This document shows, piece by piece, positions 20,480 to 34,200 of a stretch of DNA of 64,000 nt. The position numbers and the translations under genes are program-made. Source of the DNA: a virus. The DNA lies in the IMG/VR virus record IMGVR_UViG_3300031963_000020, positions 64,001-128,000 of that record. One strand, 5' to 3'. The number at the start of each line of letters is the position of its first letter. The stretch's first letter is position 1. The notes beneath the pieces were generated by a model, which did no database searches, was not told the DNA's origin, and saw nothing but the letters and a program-made list of their open reading frames with translations.

Positions 20480-20827
20480 ATGCCACAATTAACAGAATTA
20501 CGAGTGGGTCAAGGGGAAACATTTGAAGTACTCGTAACGTTATTACAAACTGTCTCAGGCACACCATTAGATATTACACATTACAATATCACTGGTCAAG
20601 TACGTGAAAATTATACAACAGATGAAATTGCTACATCATTTAATGTAGCAAAAGTTTTACCATATACATCTGGTAGTTTACGTATTACATTAAATGAAGA
20701 TCAAACAATAAATCTTACACAACGTAGATATGTGTATGATATTTTAATTACAAGCGGTTCAGGCACCCCAGTAAATCGTCGTATTTTAGAAGGACCACTC
20801 ACCGTTCGTCCAGCTGCAACGAGATAA
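20480..20827 (+). CDS. Fibre-associated Ig-like/BppU-N-like protein
   Basis: QGETF...LDIT.Y...GQVR...YVYDI...RILEG pattern typical of proteins preceding fibre genes. Confidence 0.6.
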   Translation: MPQLTELRVGQGETFEVLVTLLQTVSGTPLDITHYNITGQVRENYTTDEIATSFNVAKVLPYTSGSLRITLNEDQTINLTQRRYVYDILITSGSGTPVNRRILEGPLTVRPAATR

Positions 20828-20830
20828 AAG

Positions 20831-23800
20831 ATGAGCTTACCAGATATTACTGTTGTTATACAAAAACCAGATGTAGTTGTCAGAAACTTAGGTGGTTCAG
20901 GATCATTTTTAAATGTCGCTGATTCCGCAGTAAGTTCTTCTTATGCATTGACTGCAAGTTATGCATTAAATGGTGGTGGTGGAGGTGGTGGTGGAGATGG
21001 TGCAACAGGTCCAACTGGTGCAACTGGTCCTCGTGGTGCAACGGGTGTTGCAGGCTCTCCAGGTGGTGCAACGGGACCAACAGGTCCATCAGGTAGTCAA
21101 GGTGCAACAGGTATTCAAGGTTTAACAGGTGCACAAGGTGCAACAGGTGTACAAGGTACCACAGGTCCTACTGGTGCGCAAGGACCAACTGGTAGCACTG
21201 GTCCACAAGGTATTCAAGGTGTCACAGGTCCAACTGGTGCAATTGGTCCACAAGGTGTAACAGGTAGTACAGGACCACAAGGTATTCAAGGTGTTACTGG
21301 ATCTACTGGTCCTATCGGTCCACAAGGTGTAACAGGTAGTACAGGACCACAAGGAATCACGGGGCCAATAGGTGCAACTGGTCCGGAAGGTCCAACAGGT
21401 GCATCTGGTCCAACTGGTAGTACAGGTCCTACGGGTATTCAAGGTATTCAAGGACCAACTGGTAGTACAGGTCCGCAAGGTGATACAGGTCCACAAGGTT
21501 CAATTGGTCCAATAGGCCCAACAGGTCCAACTGGTAGCACAGGTCCACAAGGACCACAAGGTGATATTGGTATTACTGGTGCAACAGGTATCCAAGGACC
21601 AACAGGGTCAACAGGACCGCAAGGTATCCAAGGTGTCACAGGTCCAACAGGTCCAATTGGTCCTGGATTAAATATTAGTGGTAGTTTACCAGATACGGGT
21701 AGCCTTCCTCCATCGGCGCCAACTGGTTCTGCATTTATTATTGGTCAAGATTTATGGGTATATAATGGAACTTCTTGGGTAGACGTTGGTGATATCTACG
21801 GACCATCGGGTTCTACAGGCCCAACAGGTCCACAAGGTACCACAGGTCCAACAGGCCCAATAGGTCCACAAGGTGTAACAGGCAGTACAGGCCCAACAGG
21901 ACCAGAAGGCCCAACAGGTGCATCTGGTCCATCTGGTAGTGTTGGTCCACAAGGTCCAGTCGGTCCAATAGGTCCAACAGGTCCAACTGGTAGTACAGGT
22001 CCACAAGGACCAGAAGGTAACCAAGGAGAAACAGGTCCAACAGGTGTACAAGGTGCAACAGGTATTCAAGGGCCAACTGGTAGTACAGGTCCACAAGGTA
22101 TAACAGGTCCAACAGGACCAATTGGTGTAACTGGACCAACAGGTGTTGCAGGACCAACGGGTTCAACAGGTCCAGCAGGTACTGCTGGACCAACAGGTAG
22201 CACAGGTCCAATTGGTCCAGAAGGACCAACGGGTAGTACAGGACCAACAGGTCCACAAGGTGTAACAGGTAGTACAGGTCCAGTAGGTTTACAAGGTGTT
22301 ACTGGTTCTACAGGCCCAACAGGTCCACAAGGTGTAACAGGCTCAGAAGGTGCAACTGGTCCAATTGGTGTTACTGGTGCAACTGGTGTTACAGGTTCCA
22401 CAGGTCCAACAGGTCCAGTAGGTCCAACAGGTAGCACAGGTCCAACAGGTCCACAAGGAACCACGGGTCCAACTGGTGCAACTGGTTTACCTGGTGACAT
22501 CTATTCTACAACCAGTAGCACATCACTTTCTATCGGAACTGGTTCAAAAACATTAACTATTGCAACGGGACTTGCATATAGTATTGGTCAATCTGTTATT
22601 ATCGCATTCGATAATAGTAACAAAATGGAAGGTAGTGTTACCTCATACGATAGTGGAACAGGTCAATTAGTAGCTAATATTACAACGGCTACTGGTTCGG
22701 GTACATACACAGCATGGCAAGTAAGTTTGGCAGGTGCACCAGGACCAGCAGGTGTTACAGGTCCAACTGGTCCTGCAGGTCCAATTATTGCAGGACTCGT
22801 CAGTAGTTCTGCACAATACCCAGGATGGGTCACTAGTTCCGCACAAATTGATTATAACGCAATCACTAATAAGTTGAGTGGTGTAATATCCTCCTCAACT
22901 CAGTTTAATGCATTAACTGGTACATCTGCCTCATATTCAGCTACCGCATCGTTGTCTACAGCAGTAAGTGGTGGAACAGAAGATTATATACCACTTTGGT
23001 CATCAGCAAATACACTTACACGTAGTAGATTATACCAAACTGGTTCTAGTATTATATTTGGTGGAACGACATTCTATGATGAAACCGCACCAGATATCTT
23101 TGGCTTGTACGGTGGTATAACAGACTCATTTAATTTAATCACTGCGCACGCAATAATTGACAACTACTTACAAATAAATGTTCGTAACTTAAGTACAGGT
23201 TCTTCTGCATCATCAGATATAGTTGCGGTTAAGAGACTAGGAACAGAAACATCTGGCTTCATTGATATGGGTATCAATGATGACAATTATGTTGGTACGG
23301 AAATTTATGATGTTGCGGGTGATGCATACCTTTATACAGTAGGTGGAAATTTAGTAGTAGGTTCTGCAAGTGATACAGGAAGTGTAGTATTATTTACTGG
23401 CGGTGATACTCCATCGGATAAAAAAGTAGAATTACGAGCAAATAATTTACACGACATCACTGGTAGTCTTACAGCAACACAAGGATTTACTGGTTCGTTA
23501 TCTGGTATAGCAACGACCGCATCATTTGCAACAGCAGTTAGCGGTGGAACTACAAACTATATTCCATTCTTTAATACAGCAAACACGTTATTTAGAAGTA
23601 GATTATATCAAACTGGTTCTAGTATTATATTTGGTGGAACTACATTCTTTGACGAAACCGCACCAGATATCTTTGGTTTATATGGTGGTCTAACAAATTC
23701 ATATAATTTAATCACTGCACACGCAACAATTAACAATTACTTACAAATCAATGTTCGTAACTTAAGTACAGGTTCTTCTGTATCGTCTGACATAGTTGCA

Positions 23801-26659
23801 GTAACACCATTAGGTACAGAAGATTTTGGTTACATTGATATGGGTATCAATAGTGATAACTACGTTGGTAATAGAATTTATGATTTACCAGGAGACGGTT
23901 ATCTGTATACCACAGGTAGTAATTTAGTAGTTGGTACATCAACCGCAAATAGTAACGTTACTATTTTCGCAGGTGGTGACACTTACGCCAATCGTAAGTT
24001 AACATTAAAAGCAAGTAATCAACACGAAATAACAGGTAGTGTAAATATCAGTGGTAGTATATTACCATCAAATGATTCTGTATTTGACCTAGGTTCACCA
24101 TCATTAAAGTTTAGAAGTTTATATCTTTCTGGTTCTACTTTATATCTTGGCACGCTCGCAATCTCTGATAATAATGGTACATTATCTATAACACCATCGG
24201 GGTCATCGACTCTTTCACCTGTATCTGGTGCATTTACTGGGTCGTTCCTTGGTAATTTGATCGGAAATGCTAATACAGCAACAACAGCATCGTTTGCAAC
24301 CACAGCATCATTTGCACTAAATGCACAAAACGTACCACTCGGTACAGTATCAAGTTCAGCACAATATCCTGGTTGGGTCACAAGTTCTGCGCAAATTGAT
24401 TATAATAGTATACAAAATAAGTTAAGTGGTGTAATATCTTCATCAACACAATTTAACTCATTAAGTGGTACATCAGCATCATTTGCAACAACCGCAAGTT
24501 ATGTAGCAGGTGCAGCAAGTGACTGGGCATCATTAGCAAATAAACCAGCAGATATCGTAAGTAGTTCTACCCAAGTCAAGGCGTTCTTACCTGGTGGCAC
24601 TGTAAGTGCATCGGCACAATATCCTGGTTGGGTAACCGCATCATCACAAATTGATTATAATAATATTACCAACAAATTATCTGGTGTAGTTTCCGCATCA
24701 GCACAAGTAGTACCATTACTTCCTGGTGGAACCGTTTCAAGTTCAGCACAATACCCAGGATGGGTCACTAGTTCCGCACAAATTGTGGTGCAAAATACCA
24801 CTGGTATTGGTGCGTTAGCAACAACTGGTTCAAATACATTTGTTGGTAATCAAGTAATTAGTGGTTCATTAACTACCACCGCAGATACAATGACCTTCAA
24901 TGGGTCGATGGCCGTATCGGGAACACTTTCATTAACTGGTAGTTTAAATGTATTAAACGGTGGATTTACTGGTTCATTAACGGGTAGTGCAACTACAGCA
25001 ACATCGGCGTCATTTGCAACTACCGCAAGCGCAGCAACCAGTATAACATTTATACCAGCAACGTCATCATTTGCATTAACAGCAAGTTATGTTCCTGGTG
25101 CAGCAAGTGATTGGAATTCTGTAGCAAATAAACCAGCAGATTTGGTCAGTAGTTCTACCCAAGTCAAGGCGTTCTTACCTGGTGGAACTGTTTCAAGTTC
25201 CGTACAATACCCAGGATGGGTAACCGCATCAAGTCAAATTGACTATAACTCAATTCAAAATAAGTTAAGTGATGTTGTATCAAGTAGTGCACAAGTTCAA
25301 CCACTACTTCCTAACGGAACAGTATCAAGTTCCGCACAATACCCAGGATGGGTAACCGCATCAAGTCAAATAGAATTAAATAGTATTACAGGAACCACAT
25401 TTGCAACAGCAAACTTTACTTTCCCACAAAACTTAACTGTCGCTGGAACACTTACCGCTCAAGAAATACAAACCGAATACGTAACATCATCTATTATTTA
25501 CGAATCTGGTTCAACTAAGTTCGGTGATACAGCAGACGATACACATCAATTTACAGGTTCATTAAGCGTTCTTGGAACAATTAGTGGTGGATTGGTATTA
25601 CCAGCAGGAACTGTAACAGCATCATCACAAATTGATTATAACTTAATTCAAAATAAATTAAGTGGTGTGGTAAGTAGTTCATCACAAATTCAACCACTAC
25701 TTCCAGCAGGAACAGTATCAAGTTCTGGTCAAGTAGATGTTCGTAACACAACTGGTATTTCAACACTTGCAACTACTGGTTCAAACACATTTACCGCAAC
25801 ACAAACAATAATTGGAAACGTATTCTTAAGTTCATCGTTCCCATTAGTTTATAATAACGATAACACTAACAATATGTTGTTTGGGTTCTTTGATGGTAGC
25901 TCCATTTACGGTGCATATTATCAAACATTTGGAAATAACTACACGGCACTAAATCAACGTGGTGGTGCAGAGTTTGTATATGATATTAGAAATAATAGTG
26001 GTGCAAACTTCCATATCGCATCATTTAATGGTGCAACTTGGACTGAAAAGTTTAGAGTAGATGATAACGGAGCACACGTAACTGGTTCATTGGTATCAAC
26101 TGGTGGTATTACTGGTTCATTACTTGGAACAGCAAGTTTCGCAACTACAGCTTCATTTGCATTAGCAACCGCAGGAACCGTAGAAAATGCAAATACAGCA
26201 TCATATGTAGCATATACAAATATTGATGGTAAACCAACACTAGTATCTGCATCATCACAAATAGATTACAATTCTATTACGAATAAGTTGAGTGGTGTAT
26301 ACAGTAGTTCGGCATTCGCATCACCAAACCAAGGTACTGTAAGATTAACATTAAATGGTGTTCAGTTAACTGACGTTGATTTGGGTGTACAAACATCTGA
26401 TACCCCAACATTTGCTGGAGTAAGTAGTTCAAATCATATCACTCCAACCGCAGATAATACTTATAACTTGGGTGCACCTGATAAGAGATGGGCAAACATA
26501 TACACGGGTGACTTAATATTATCTAATGAAGGTTCTTCAGGTAATACCGTAGATGGAACAACAGGTAACTGGACTATTCAAGAAGGTGAAGAACATCTAT
26601 ACATTATCAATAACAAGTCTGGTAAGAAGTTTAGATTTATGTTATCGGAGATTAACTAA
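20831..26659 (+). CDS. Long tail fibre protein with collagen-like region, duplicated beta domain and SSSAQ repeats
   Basis: Long G-X-Y (GPT/GST) tracts; tandem ~200-aa domain; [11 protein letters not shown] repeats; C-terminal WANIYTGDL...WTIQEGEE module. Confidence 0.85.
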   Translation: MSLPDITVVIQKPDVVVRNLGGSGSFLNVADSAVSSSYALTASYALNGGGGGGGGDGATGPTGATGPRGATGVAGSPGGATGPTGPSGSQGATGIQGLTGAQGATGVQGTTGPTGAQGPTGSTGPQGIQGVTGPTGAIGPQGVTGSTGPQGIQGVTGSTGPIGPQGVTGSTGPQGITGPIGATGPEGPTGASGPTGSTGPTGIQGIQGPTGSTGPQGDTGPQGSIGPIGPTGPTGSTGPQGPQGDIGITGATGIQGPTGSTGPQGIQGVTGPTGPIGPGLNISGSLPDTGSLPPSAPTGSAFIIGQDLWVYNGTSWVDVGDIYGPSGSTGPTGPQGTTGPTGPIGPQGVTGSTGPTGPEGPTGASGPSGSVGPQGPVGPIGPTGPTGSTGPQGPEGNQGETGPTGVQGATGIQGPTGSTGPQGITGPTGPIGVTGPTGVAGPTGSTGPAGTAGPTGSTGPIGPEGPTGSTGPTGPQGVTGSTGPVGLQGVTGSTGPTGPQGVTGSEGATGPIGVTGATGVTGSTGPTGPVGPTGSTGPTGPQGTTGPTGATGLPGDIYSTTSSTSLSIGTGSKTLTIATGLAYSIGQSVIIAFDNSNKMEGSVTSYDSGTGQLVANITTATGSGTYTAWQVSLAGAPGPAGVTGPTGPAGPIIAGLVSSSAQYPGWVTSSAQIDYNAITNKLSGVISSSTQFNALTGTSASYSATASLSTAVSGGTEDYIPLWSSANTLTRSRLYQTGSSIIFGGTTFYDETAPDIFGLYGGITDSFNLITAHAIIDNYLQINVRNLSTGSSASSDIVAVKRLGTETSGFIDMGINDDNYVGTEIYDVAGDAYLYTVGGNLVVGSASDTGSVVLFTGGDTPSDKKVELRANNLHDITGSLTATQGFTGSLSGIATTASFATAVSGGTTNYIPFFNTANTLFRSRLYQTGSSIIFGGTTFFDETAPDIFGLYGGLTNSYNLITAHATINNYLQINVRNLSTGSSVSSDIVAVTPLGTEDFGYIDMGINSDNYVGNRIYDLPGDGYLYTTGSNLVVGTSTANSNVTIFAGGDTYANRKLTLKASNQHEITGSVNISGSILPSNDSVFDLGSPSLKFRSLYLSGSTLYLGTLAISDNNGTLSITPSGSSTLSPVSGAFTGSFLGNLIGNANTATTASFATTASFALNAQNVPLGTVSSSAQYPGWVTSSAQIDYNSIQNKLSGVISSSTQFNSLSGTSASFATTASYVAGAASDWASLANKPADIVSSSTQVKAFLPGGTVSASAQYPGWVTASSQIDYNNITNKLSGVVSASAQVVPLLPGGTVSSSAQYPGWVTSSAQIVVQNTTGIGALATTGSNTFVGNQVISGSLTTTADTMTFNGSMAVSGTLSLTGSLNVLNGGFTGSLTGSATTATSASFATTASAATSITFIPATSSFALTASYVPGAASDWNSVANKPADLVSSSTQVKAFLPGGTVSSSVQYPGWVTASSQIDYNSIQNKLSDVVSSSAQVQPLLPNGTVSSSAQYPGWVTASSQIELNSITGTTFATANFTFPQNLTVAGTLTAQEIQTEYVTSSIIYESGSTKFGDTADDTHQFTGSLSVLGTISGGLVLPAGTVTASSQIDYNLIQNKLSGVVSSSSQIQPLLPAGTVSSSGQVDVRNTTGISTLATTGSNTFTATQTIIGNVFLSSSFPLVYNNDNTNNMLFGFFDGSSIYGAYYQTFGNNYTALNQRGGAEFVYDIRNNSGANFHIASFNGATWTEKFRVDDNGAHVTGSLVSTGGITGSLLGTASFATTASFALATAGTVENANTASYVAYTNIDGKPTLVSASSQIDYNSITNKLSGVYSSSAFASPNQGTVRLTLNGVQLTDVDLGVQTSDTPTFAGVSSSNHITPTADNTYNLGAPDKRWANIYTGDLILSNEGSSGNTVDGTTGNWTIQEGEEHLYIINNKSGKKFRFMLSEIN

Positions 26660-29600
26660 TGCCAATTATAGCAGGTCAGATTACAGGTTCAGCACTTAGT
26701 GGTTCGTTAAATTATACGTTCCTATCTAATATTCCTTCTGGAATAGTATCTGGAGCTGCCCAAGTAGCCGCAAATCTACCAGCAGGGACAGTATCAAGTT
26801 CTGGTCAAGTAGATTATAACTCAATAACAAATAAACTGTCTGGTGTTGTTTCTTCGTCAACGCAAATTCAACCATTATTACCTGATGGAACAGTTAGTGC
26901 ATCAAATCAAGTAGATATTACAGCAACTACCAACTACTCGACATTTAGTTCATCGTTGGCAACAGTTGATGCAGGTCAAACCACTCGTATTGATAATCTA
27001 GCAAGTTTGACCAGTTCGTATGCAATTAACGCAACTATTCAAGGCCAACTTGCTGGAGTTGCATCAAGCAGTGCACAAGTAAAAGCATACTTACCAGCAG
27101 ACACAGTATCAAGTTCTGGTCAAGTAGATATTACCGCAACTAGTGGTTATTCAACCTTTAGTTCATCAATTGCAACCAAAAACGATACACAAGACGTATC
27201 TATCGGTGCATTAAATGCAGCAACCAGTTCATACGCAATTAACGCAACTATTCAAGGACAACTTGCTGGTGTTGTTTCTTCTTCTACACAAGTTAAACCA
27301 TTACTTCCTGGTGGAACTGTATCAAGTTCCGCACAATATCCTGGTTGGGTCACTGCGTCATCACAAATTGATGTACGTAATACTACAGGTATTGCAACAA
27401 TTGCAACTACAGGATCAAACACATTTAATGGTACTCAAACCGTTACAGGTAGTTTATTTACTAGTGGGTCAAATAGTTTAGTAGGAAGCACTACGTTATC
27501 TGGTAGTTTAGTTGTCTCTGGTGCAGCAATTACCTCGACTCCAAATATTCAAATTTACGGAGATACAGAATTTACTGGATATGCAAAGTTTAACCCAGTC
27601 ACCAGTAATATTGATACCTCAATTTCCGCATCCTACATTTATGTTAGTGGGTCAACCCAAGATTTATATTTCTCTCAAAATAGTGCTGGATATAATAACG
27701 TTACTCGTTTACGTTGGTTAGAAAGTAACCTCTACACGGGTCTATTAAAGGGTGGAATACTAACAACAACAACAGGATCTACCACGTTTAATATCAGTGC
27801 AGGTGAAGGTATTGTTGTAACTCTTAACGCATCAACAACCCAAGACCCATATCCAACAATTAAGTTGGTTCGATGGGACGCAAAAACCAACGTTCCTATT
27901 ACGTTTTCGGGTTCAGCAAAGATTACCTACGTTGGATTAGATGTTGCAGGTAATGTTATACAACAAGTTGTTCCTTGGGGTAGTACCGACATCAATCAAT
28001 TTGATACCCAAATCAATTTAGGTGTTATTTTACATTCAAGTGCATCAATATCAACAGGAGCATATAACGCTCCACAAATTTCATATGGAGCTCCGCAAAA
28101 GGCGGACGACTTCTTTAGATCATTTGGTCCACTAAAAGTTTCTGGTCACACCTTACAAGCAAGTGGTAGTAGCCCATCACTTAGTATTAAAAAGACCGCT
28201 GGTACATCATATCGTGAAGGGTCAAATTATGCAAATAATCCAAACCATCCCAACACGGTCACAGAAGAAAGTGATATTACAATATCTAAGATATATCGTT
28301 ATTATATCTCAGGATCAACTCCTGTTATTGATACGGGTGCTAGTGGATCAGGATATCCCACTCTCGATAACCAAAACCGCGTTGATACAGCAACGGGGTT
28401 ATTAACATCAATTGGTTTAAGTAATTGGTCTATTCAACGCGTATTCTGGGTTCCAGGGTCACCAACCAACGCGTTTATTGTCTATTATGGTAACACCGCA
28501 TACAGCACACTACTCAATGCAGTTAACGCAATTAATACGGAACCATTCACGGAAGCACCAGATACGGCAGCTAATGCTGTATTCATCGGATACATCGTAA
28601 TTCAAGGTGGTAGTAATCGTGACTTACTAAACGCGACGGATTGTACTATTATTCAAGCTGGATTGTTCCGTAACATTGCTGGTGTTGGATCGGGTGGAAC
28701 ACAACCAGTAGCAACCACGTTAGCAGGATTATCTGATGTCGGTATTAGTAGTCCAGCTATTGGTGACTTGTTGGTATATACTGGGGCAACGTGGAATAAT
28801 ACAAAGTCATTAAATGGTAGTTATTCACTTACTGGTAGTTTAGCAACAAATGATGGTATTACGGCAATAACAATTAATGCAACAGCAGTATCCGCATCAC
28901 TTTCTGGTAGCGGTGCTGGAGTATTTGGCGTCAACTATAATACCTTATCAAATATTCCAGCAGGTATCGTCAGTAGTTCAACACAAGTTCAACCACTACT
29001 TCCTGGAGGAACAGTAAGTAGCTCAGCACAATATCCAGGATGGGTCACGAGTTCAGCACAAATTGATATTACCGCAACAACTGGATATTCTACCTTTAGT
29101 TCATCACTAGCCACCGTAGATGCTGGCCAAACCACTCGCATCGATAACTTGGCAAGTCAAACAAGTTCCTACGCAATCAACTCAACAATACAATCGCAAC
29201 TTGCTGGTGTAGTATCAAGTTCCACACAAGTTAAACCACTTCTTCCTGATGGAACTGTTTCCTCATCAGCACAATACCCAGGATGGGTCACTGCATCATC
29301 ACAAATAGATTATAATAATATTACTAACAAGTTAAGTGGTGTTGTAAGTAGTTCTGCACAAGTAGTACCATTACTTCCTGGTGGGACAGTATCAAGTTCT
29401 GGTCAAGTTAGTTTAACTGCCACCTCAGAATACTCTACATTTAGTTCATCAATTGCAACTAAAAATGATTTGCAAGATGTTTCTATCAACGCACTGAACG
29501 CAGCAACTGGTTCATATGCAATTAACGCAACAATACAAGGACAACTTGCTGGTGTCGTATCATCGTCGGCTCAAGTTAAACCATTACTTCCTGGTGGAAC

Positions 29601-31167
29601 GGTATCATCATCTGGACAAGTAGACATCACAGCAACAACCAACTATTCAACATTTAGTTCCTCGTTGGCAACAGTTGATGCAGGACAAACTACTCGTATT
29701 GATAATCTAGCAAGTTTGACCAGTTCGTATGCAATTAACGCAACTATTCAAGGTCAACTTGCGGGAGTAGTTTCTTCTTCAACACAAGTTAAGCCACTTC
29801 TTCCTGGTGGAACAGTTAGTGCATCAAATCAAGTTGATATCACCGCAACTACGGGATACTCTACATTTAGTTCATCACTAGCAACAGTAGATGCAGGACA
29901 AACTACTCGTATTGACAACTTGGCGAGTTTGACCAGTTCGTATGCAATCAACGCAACAATACAAGGACAACTTGCTGGTGTTGTTTCTTCTTCAACACAA
30001 GTAAAACCATTACTTCCTGGTGGTACAGTAAGTGCTTCTGGTCAAGTAGACATTACAGCAACTACTGGATACTCTACATTTAGTTCATCACTAGCAACAG
30101 TAGATGCAGGACAAACTGCTCGTATTGATAATTTAGCAAGTCAAACAAGTTCCTACGCAATTAATGCAACTATTCAAGGGCAACTTGCTGGTGTTGTTTC
30201 TTCTTCAACACAAGTTAAGCCACTTCTTCCTGGTGGTACAGTAACCTCATCAGCACAATATCCTGGGTGGGTAACCGCATCAAGTCAAATTGACTATAAT
30301 AGTATTCAAAATAAGTTAAGTGGGGTAGTATCGTCATCAACACAAATTGTTCCGCTATTACCAGCAGGAACTATTAGTGCGTCATCACAAGTGGCATTAA
30401 ATGCTATTACTGGAGTTACTTTTAGTAATTCCTCATTCTATTTCCCAAATAATTTACGAGTTGAAGGAACATTAACCGCACAAGAAATTAATACAGAATA
30501 TGTTTCTTCATCGATTATTTATGAATCTGGTTCTACCAAATTTGGTGATACAGCTGACGATGTAATGAGTGTTACTGGTTCTATTCGTGTCTTGGGTGGA
30601 AATATTAGTGGGTCGTTTATTGGATTGGTTTCTTCATCGGCACAAATAGACTATAACTCTATACAAAATAAATTATCCGGTGTTGTTTCTTCATCAACAC
30701 AAGTTCAACCACTGCTTCCAGTTGGAACTGTTAGTAGTTCCGCACAATATCCAGGATGGGTAACTTCGTCAACACAAATTGTTTGGTCATCAGTAAACTA
30801 CAACGGAGGTATCGTCAGTAGTTCGGCACAAGTAAAACCATTACTTCCTGATGGAACCGTATCAAGTTCAGCACAATATCCTGGTTGGGTCACCGCATCA
30901 AGTCAGGTAACAATTACTGGTATATCAGGATTGGGTGCTAACGTAGCGACATTCTTGGGAACACCAAGTTCTGCAAATTTAGCAACAGCAGTCACAGATG
31001 AAACAGGTACGGGTGCGTTAGTATTTGCAGGAAGTCCAACATTAACTGGTACGGCTACTGCAAATAACATTGTAATGTCTGGGTCGCAATTCTCAGGAAT
31101 AGTATCAGGTAGTGGATTACAATATAGATTAGTGGTTCCAGTCGGAACTAACCAATACGCAACCTAA
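26659..31167 (+). CDS. Tail fibre-like protein with SSSAQ repeats
   Basis: Many [18 protein letters not shown] and TFSSSLATVDAGQTTRIDNL repeats around a globular domain. Confidence 0.8.
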   Translation: MPIIAGQITGSALSGSLNYTFLSNIPSGIVSGAAQVAANLPAGTVSSSGQVDYNSITNKLSGVVSSSTQIQPLLPDGTVSASNQVDITATTNYSTFSSSLATVDAGQTTRIDNLASLTSSYAINATIQGQLAGVASSSAQVKAYLPADTVSSSGQVDITATSGYSTFSSSIATKNDTQDVSIGALNAATSSYAINATIQGQLAGVVSSSTQVKPLLPGGTVSSSAQYPGWVTASSQIDVRNTTGIATIATTGSNTFNGTQTVTGSLFTSGSNSLVGSTTLSGSLVVSGAAITSTPNIQIYGDTEFTGYAKFNPVTSNIDTSISASYIYVSGSTQDLYFSQNSAGYNNVTRLRWLESNLYTGLLKGGILTTTTGSTTFNISAGEGIVVTLNASTTQDPYPTIKLVRWDAKTNVPITFSGSAKITYVGLDVAGNVIQQVVPWGSTDINQFDTQINLGVILHSSASISTGAYNAPQISYGAPQKADDFFRSFGPLKVSGHTLQASGSSPSLSIKKTAGTSYREGSNYANNPNHPNTVTEESDITISKIYRYYISGSTPVIDTGASGSGYPTLDNQNRVDTATGLLTSIGLSNWSIQRVFWVPGSPTNAFIVYYGNTAYSTLLNAVNAINTEPFTEAPDTAANAVFIGYIVIQGGSNRDLLNATDCTIIQAGLFRNIAGVGSGGTQPVATTLAGLSDVGISSPAIGDLLVYTGATWNNTKSLNGSYSLTGSLATNDGITAITINATAVSASLSGSGAGVFGVNYNTLSNIPAGIVSSSTQVQPLLPGGTVSSSAQYPGWVTSSAQIDITATTGYSTFSSSLATVDAGQTTRIDNLASQTSSYAINSTIQSQLAGVVSSSTQVKPLLPDGTVSSSAQYPGWVTASSQIDYNNITNKLSGVVSSSAQVVPLLPGGTVSSSGQVSLTATSEYSTFSSSIATKNDLQDVSINALNAATGSYAINATIQGQLAGVVSSSAQVKPLLPGGTVSSSGQVDITATTNYSTFSSSLATVDAGQTTRIDNLASLTSSYAINATIQGQLAGVVSSSTQVKPLLPGGTVSASNQVDITATTGYSTFSSSLATVDAGQTTRIDNLASLTSSYAINATIQGQLAGVVSSSTQVKPLLPGGTVSASGQVDITATTGYSTFSSSLATVDAGQTARIDNLASQTSSYAINATIQGQLAGVVSSSTQVKPLLPGGTVTSSAQYPGWVTASSQIDYNSIQNKLSGVVSSSTQIVPLLPAGTISASSQVALNAITGVTFSNSSFYFPNNLRVEGTLTAQEINTEYVSSSIIYESGSTKFGDTADDVMSVTGSIRVLGGNISGSFIGLVSSSAQIDYNSIQNKLSGVVSSSTQVQPLLPVGTVSSSAQYPGWVTSSTQIVWSSVNYNGGIVSSSAQVKPLLPDGTVSSSAQYPGWVTASSQVTITGISGLGANVATFLGTPSSANLATAVTDETGTGALVFAGSPTLTGTATANNIVMSGSQFSGIVSGSGLQYRLVVPVGTNQYAT

Positions 31168-31188
31168 TAAAAGTTGATATTTTATGGT

Positions 31189-31218
31189 AAAAAAGGCATC
31201 CAGACGGGTGCCTTTTTT
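31189..31218 (+). terminator. Rho-independent (possibly bidirectional) terminator
   Basis: A-tract, GGCATCC-AGAC-GGGTGCC hairpin, T-tract. Confidence 0.8.
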
Positions 31219-31280
31219 CGTTTATTCCGGTATAAAATGATATTTATACGGGGGTGTATACACTTTAGTTTGAGTCTAAT

Positions 31281-34200
31281 ATGAGTTTATTAAAAGTCAA
31301 TAATATCGAACTTGCTACATCTGGTAGTACTAACGTTACATTTAATGACGACGTTACATTCGGTGCCGCAGTTAATATTTCTTCGGGATCTATCACAGCA
31401 AGTTTCGCTATTGCAAACGCATCTATCGAAAAAGAAAAACTAACAAATGACGCCAGAGACTTCGTAAATATTCTTAATAAACCAGCAGGTCTTATCAGTA
31501 GTTCTGGTCAGTTCGTTAGTGCAATTTCTGGTTCCTCTTTAGAACTTGGTGGTATATTAGCAACGGGTAGTATTAGAACAACGAGTGTATTTAGTGGTAG
31601 TGGTGCACAACTATTTGGAATTCCAAACGCAGCATTAAATAATAGTTCTATTACAATCAACGGTGGTGCAGTTTCACTCGGTGGAACTAGAACGCTTACC
31701 ACAAGTGATATTACAGAAGGAACAAATCAATATTATACTGACGCACGTGTAAAATCAAAATTAGATAGTGAAACCGTAGTCAGTAGTTCTGGTCAAATTA
31801 ATTATCAAGCTGTAACGGGGCAACCTACAGTTAATACGTTTGGTGGAGATGGTAATCAATCGTTTACTATTGTAAATGGTATTTTTATTAGTGCATCTGG
31901 TGGTGCAGATGGTATTATTGTCACAAACGATTCAGGTAACCAACTATTACGTTTTAGAACTGTTGGTGGAACAGTTTCGTCCTCCGCACAAGTAACAGCA
32001 GCATTACCTGCTGGTGTAGTATCAAGTTCAACACAAGTTCAACCATTACTTCCTGGTGGAACAGTTAGTGCATCGGCACAATACCCAGGATGGGTGACCG
32101 CATCAAGTCAAATTGATTATAACTCAATTACAAACAAATTAAGTGGTGTTGTTTCTACATCAGCACAAGTTCAACCATTATTACCAGCAGATACAGTTTC
32201 CGCATCAGCACAAGTTAAAGCATTTTTACCAGATGGAACAGTAAGTGCATCGGCACAATATCCTGGATGGATTACTTCATCTACACAAGTAGTTCAATCA
32301 TTACCTGGTGGAACTGTATCGGCATCGGCACAATACCCAGGATGGGTTACCGCATCATCACAAATAATTGTACAAAACACTACTGGTATTGGAGCTATAG
32401 CAACCACTGGATCAAATACCTTTATTGGTAATCAAATTATCTCAGGTTCTACAACAATTACTGGTGACTTAACAGTACAAGGAACCTCGTCTGTTACGTA
32501 TGTTACCTCGTCGCAACTTAACGTAGGATCAAATACCATTACACTAAATACTACCGATGTACTTCGTTACGGTGGGTTAACAGTATTTGATTCTGCTTCT
32601 GCTGGACAATCTGGTTCACTTCTCTGGGACAGTGTAAATAATGTATGGTTATATGTCCACGCAGGAACCAGTAATACCAGTAGTATATTGATTACAGGTC
32701 CGGAAAATACTGGTGCGTTGGGTAGTGAACAGTTCTTAACACCTAATTTATTACCAAAGGCTGGACTAACTGGTGACCACATTGTAAATTCACAAATTAG
32801 TGATAACGGAACACAAGTGGGTATCGTTGGTGGGCTAAAAGTTACAGGATCCATCACATCGTCTCATATAGTTCCCGCAGTTACTGATACCTTTGATTTA
32901 GGTTCACCAACCTTAAAGTTTAGAGACTTGTATCTTTCTGGTTCAACGTTATATCTTGGCTCATTAGCAATTAGAGATAATGGTGGTGCGTTATCTATTG
33001 GACCATCTGGGTCAGCAATTGGAACCAATTCACCTGTATCGGGTGCATTTACAGGATCATTCCAAGGTAACGGTAGTCAATTAACTAATATCGCAAATGC
33101 AGCACTTCCTGGTGGTATAATTTCATCATCAACACAACTACCAGCAGGTACAGTATCCGCATCGTCACAATATCCTGGATGGGTCACCGCATCAAGTCAA
33201 ATTGACTACAACTCAATCACCAATAAACTTTCTGGTGTTTTTAGCAGTTCAACACAAATTGCAAATAATTTACCAGCAGGTACAGTATCAAGTTCTGGTC
33301 AAATTAATGCAGGTGCAACAGCAAACTTTGCAACTGCAGTAGCAGCACAACTTGGTACAGTACACTCTGGTAGTTTTATGAGTACCGCAACTACTAATAA
33401 CTTACCAGAAGGTGTCACTAATCTTTACTACACGGATGCACGAGTAAAAACCAAGATGAGTGGTGATGTTGTTCATTCTGGTAGTTTCCTTGGTACCGCA
33501 ACCACTGATAATTTAACACAAGGATCAACTAACAAGTATTACGCAAATTCCTTAGTATTAAGTTATATTGACTCACTTTCAGTTCTCAGTAGTTCACAAC
33601 AAGTTGTCAATAGATTACCAATTGGAACAGTATCAAGTTCAAATCAAATTTCAAACGTATTAGTTACTAGTGCAAGTTACGCAGCAACTGCAAGTTTAGC
33701 ACTTGGGGTATCTGGGTCACTTGCGGTCAGTACTGATGGATTAAATGAAGGTAGCATAAATCTTTATTACACAGATGCACGAGTTAAGACCAAGTTAAAT
33801 GCAGAAAATGTACATTCGGCAAGTTTCTTAGGAACGGCAACCACTACCAACTTAACAGAAGGTATTAACTTATATTTTACCAATCAACGTGCGAAGGATG
33901 CACTTCCTGGGGTAGTATCATCGTCAGCACAAGTACCAACACTTCTTCCTGGCGGAACGGTATCATCATCAGCACAATATCCTGGTTGGGTCACCGCATC
34001 AAGTCAAATTGACTATAACTCAATACAAAATAAATTATCTGGTGTTATATCTTCTTCTACGCAAGTCAAACCATTACTTCCTGATGGAACCGTCACATCA
34101 TCAGCACAATATCCAGGATGGGTCACTAGTTCAACACAAGTTGTCTGGTCATCGGTTAACTACAACGCGGGTATCGTCAGTAGTTCTGGTCAAGTTCAAC

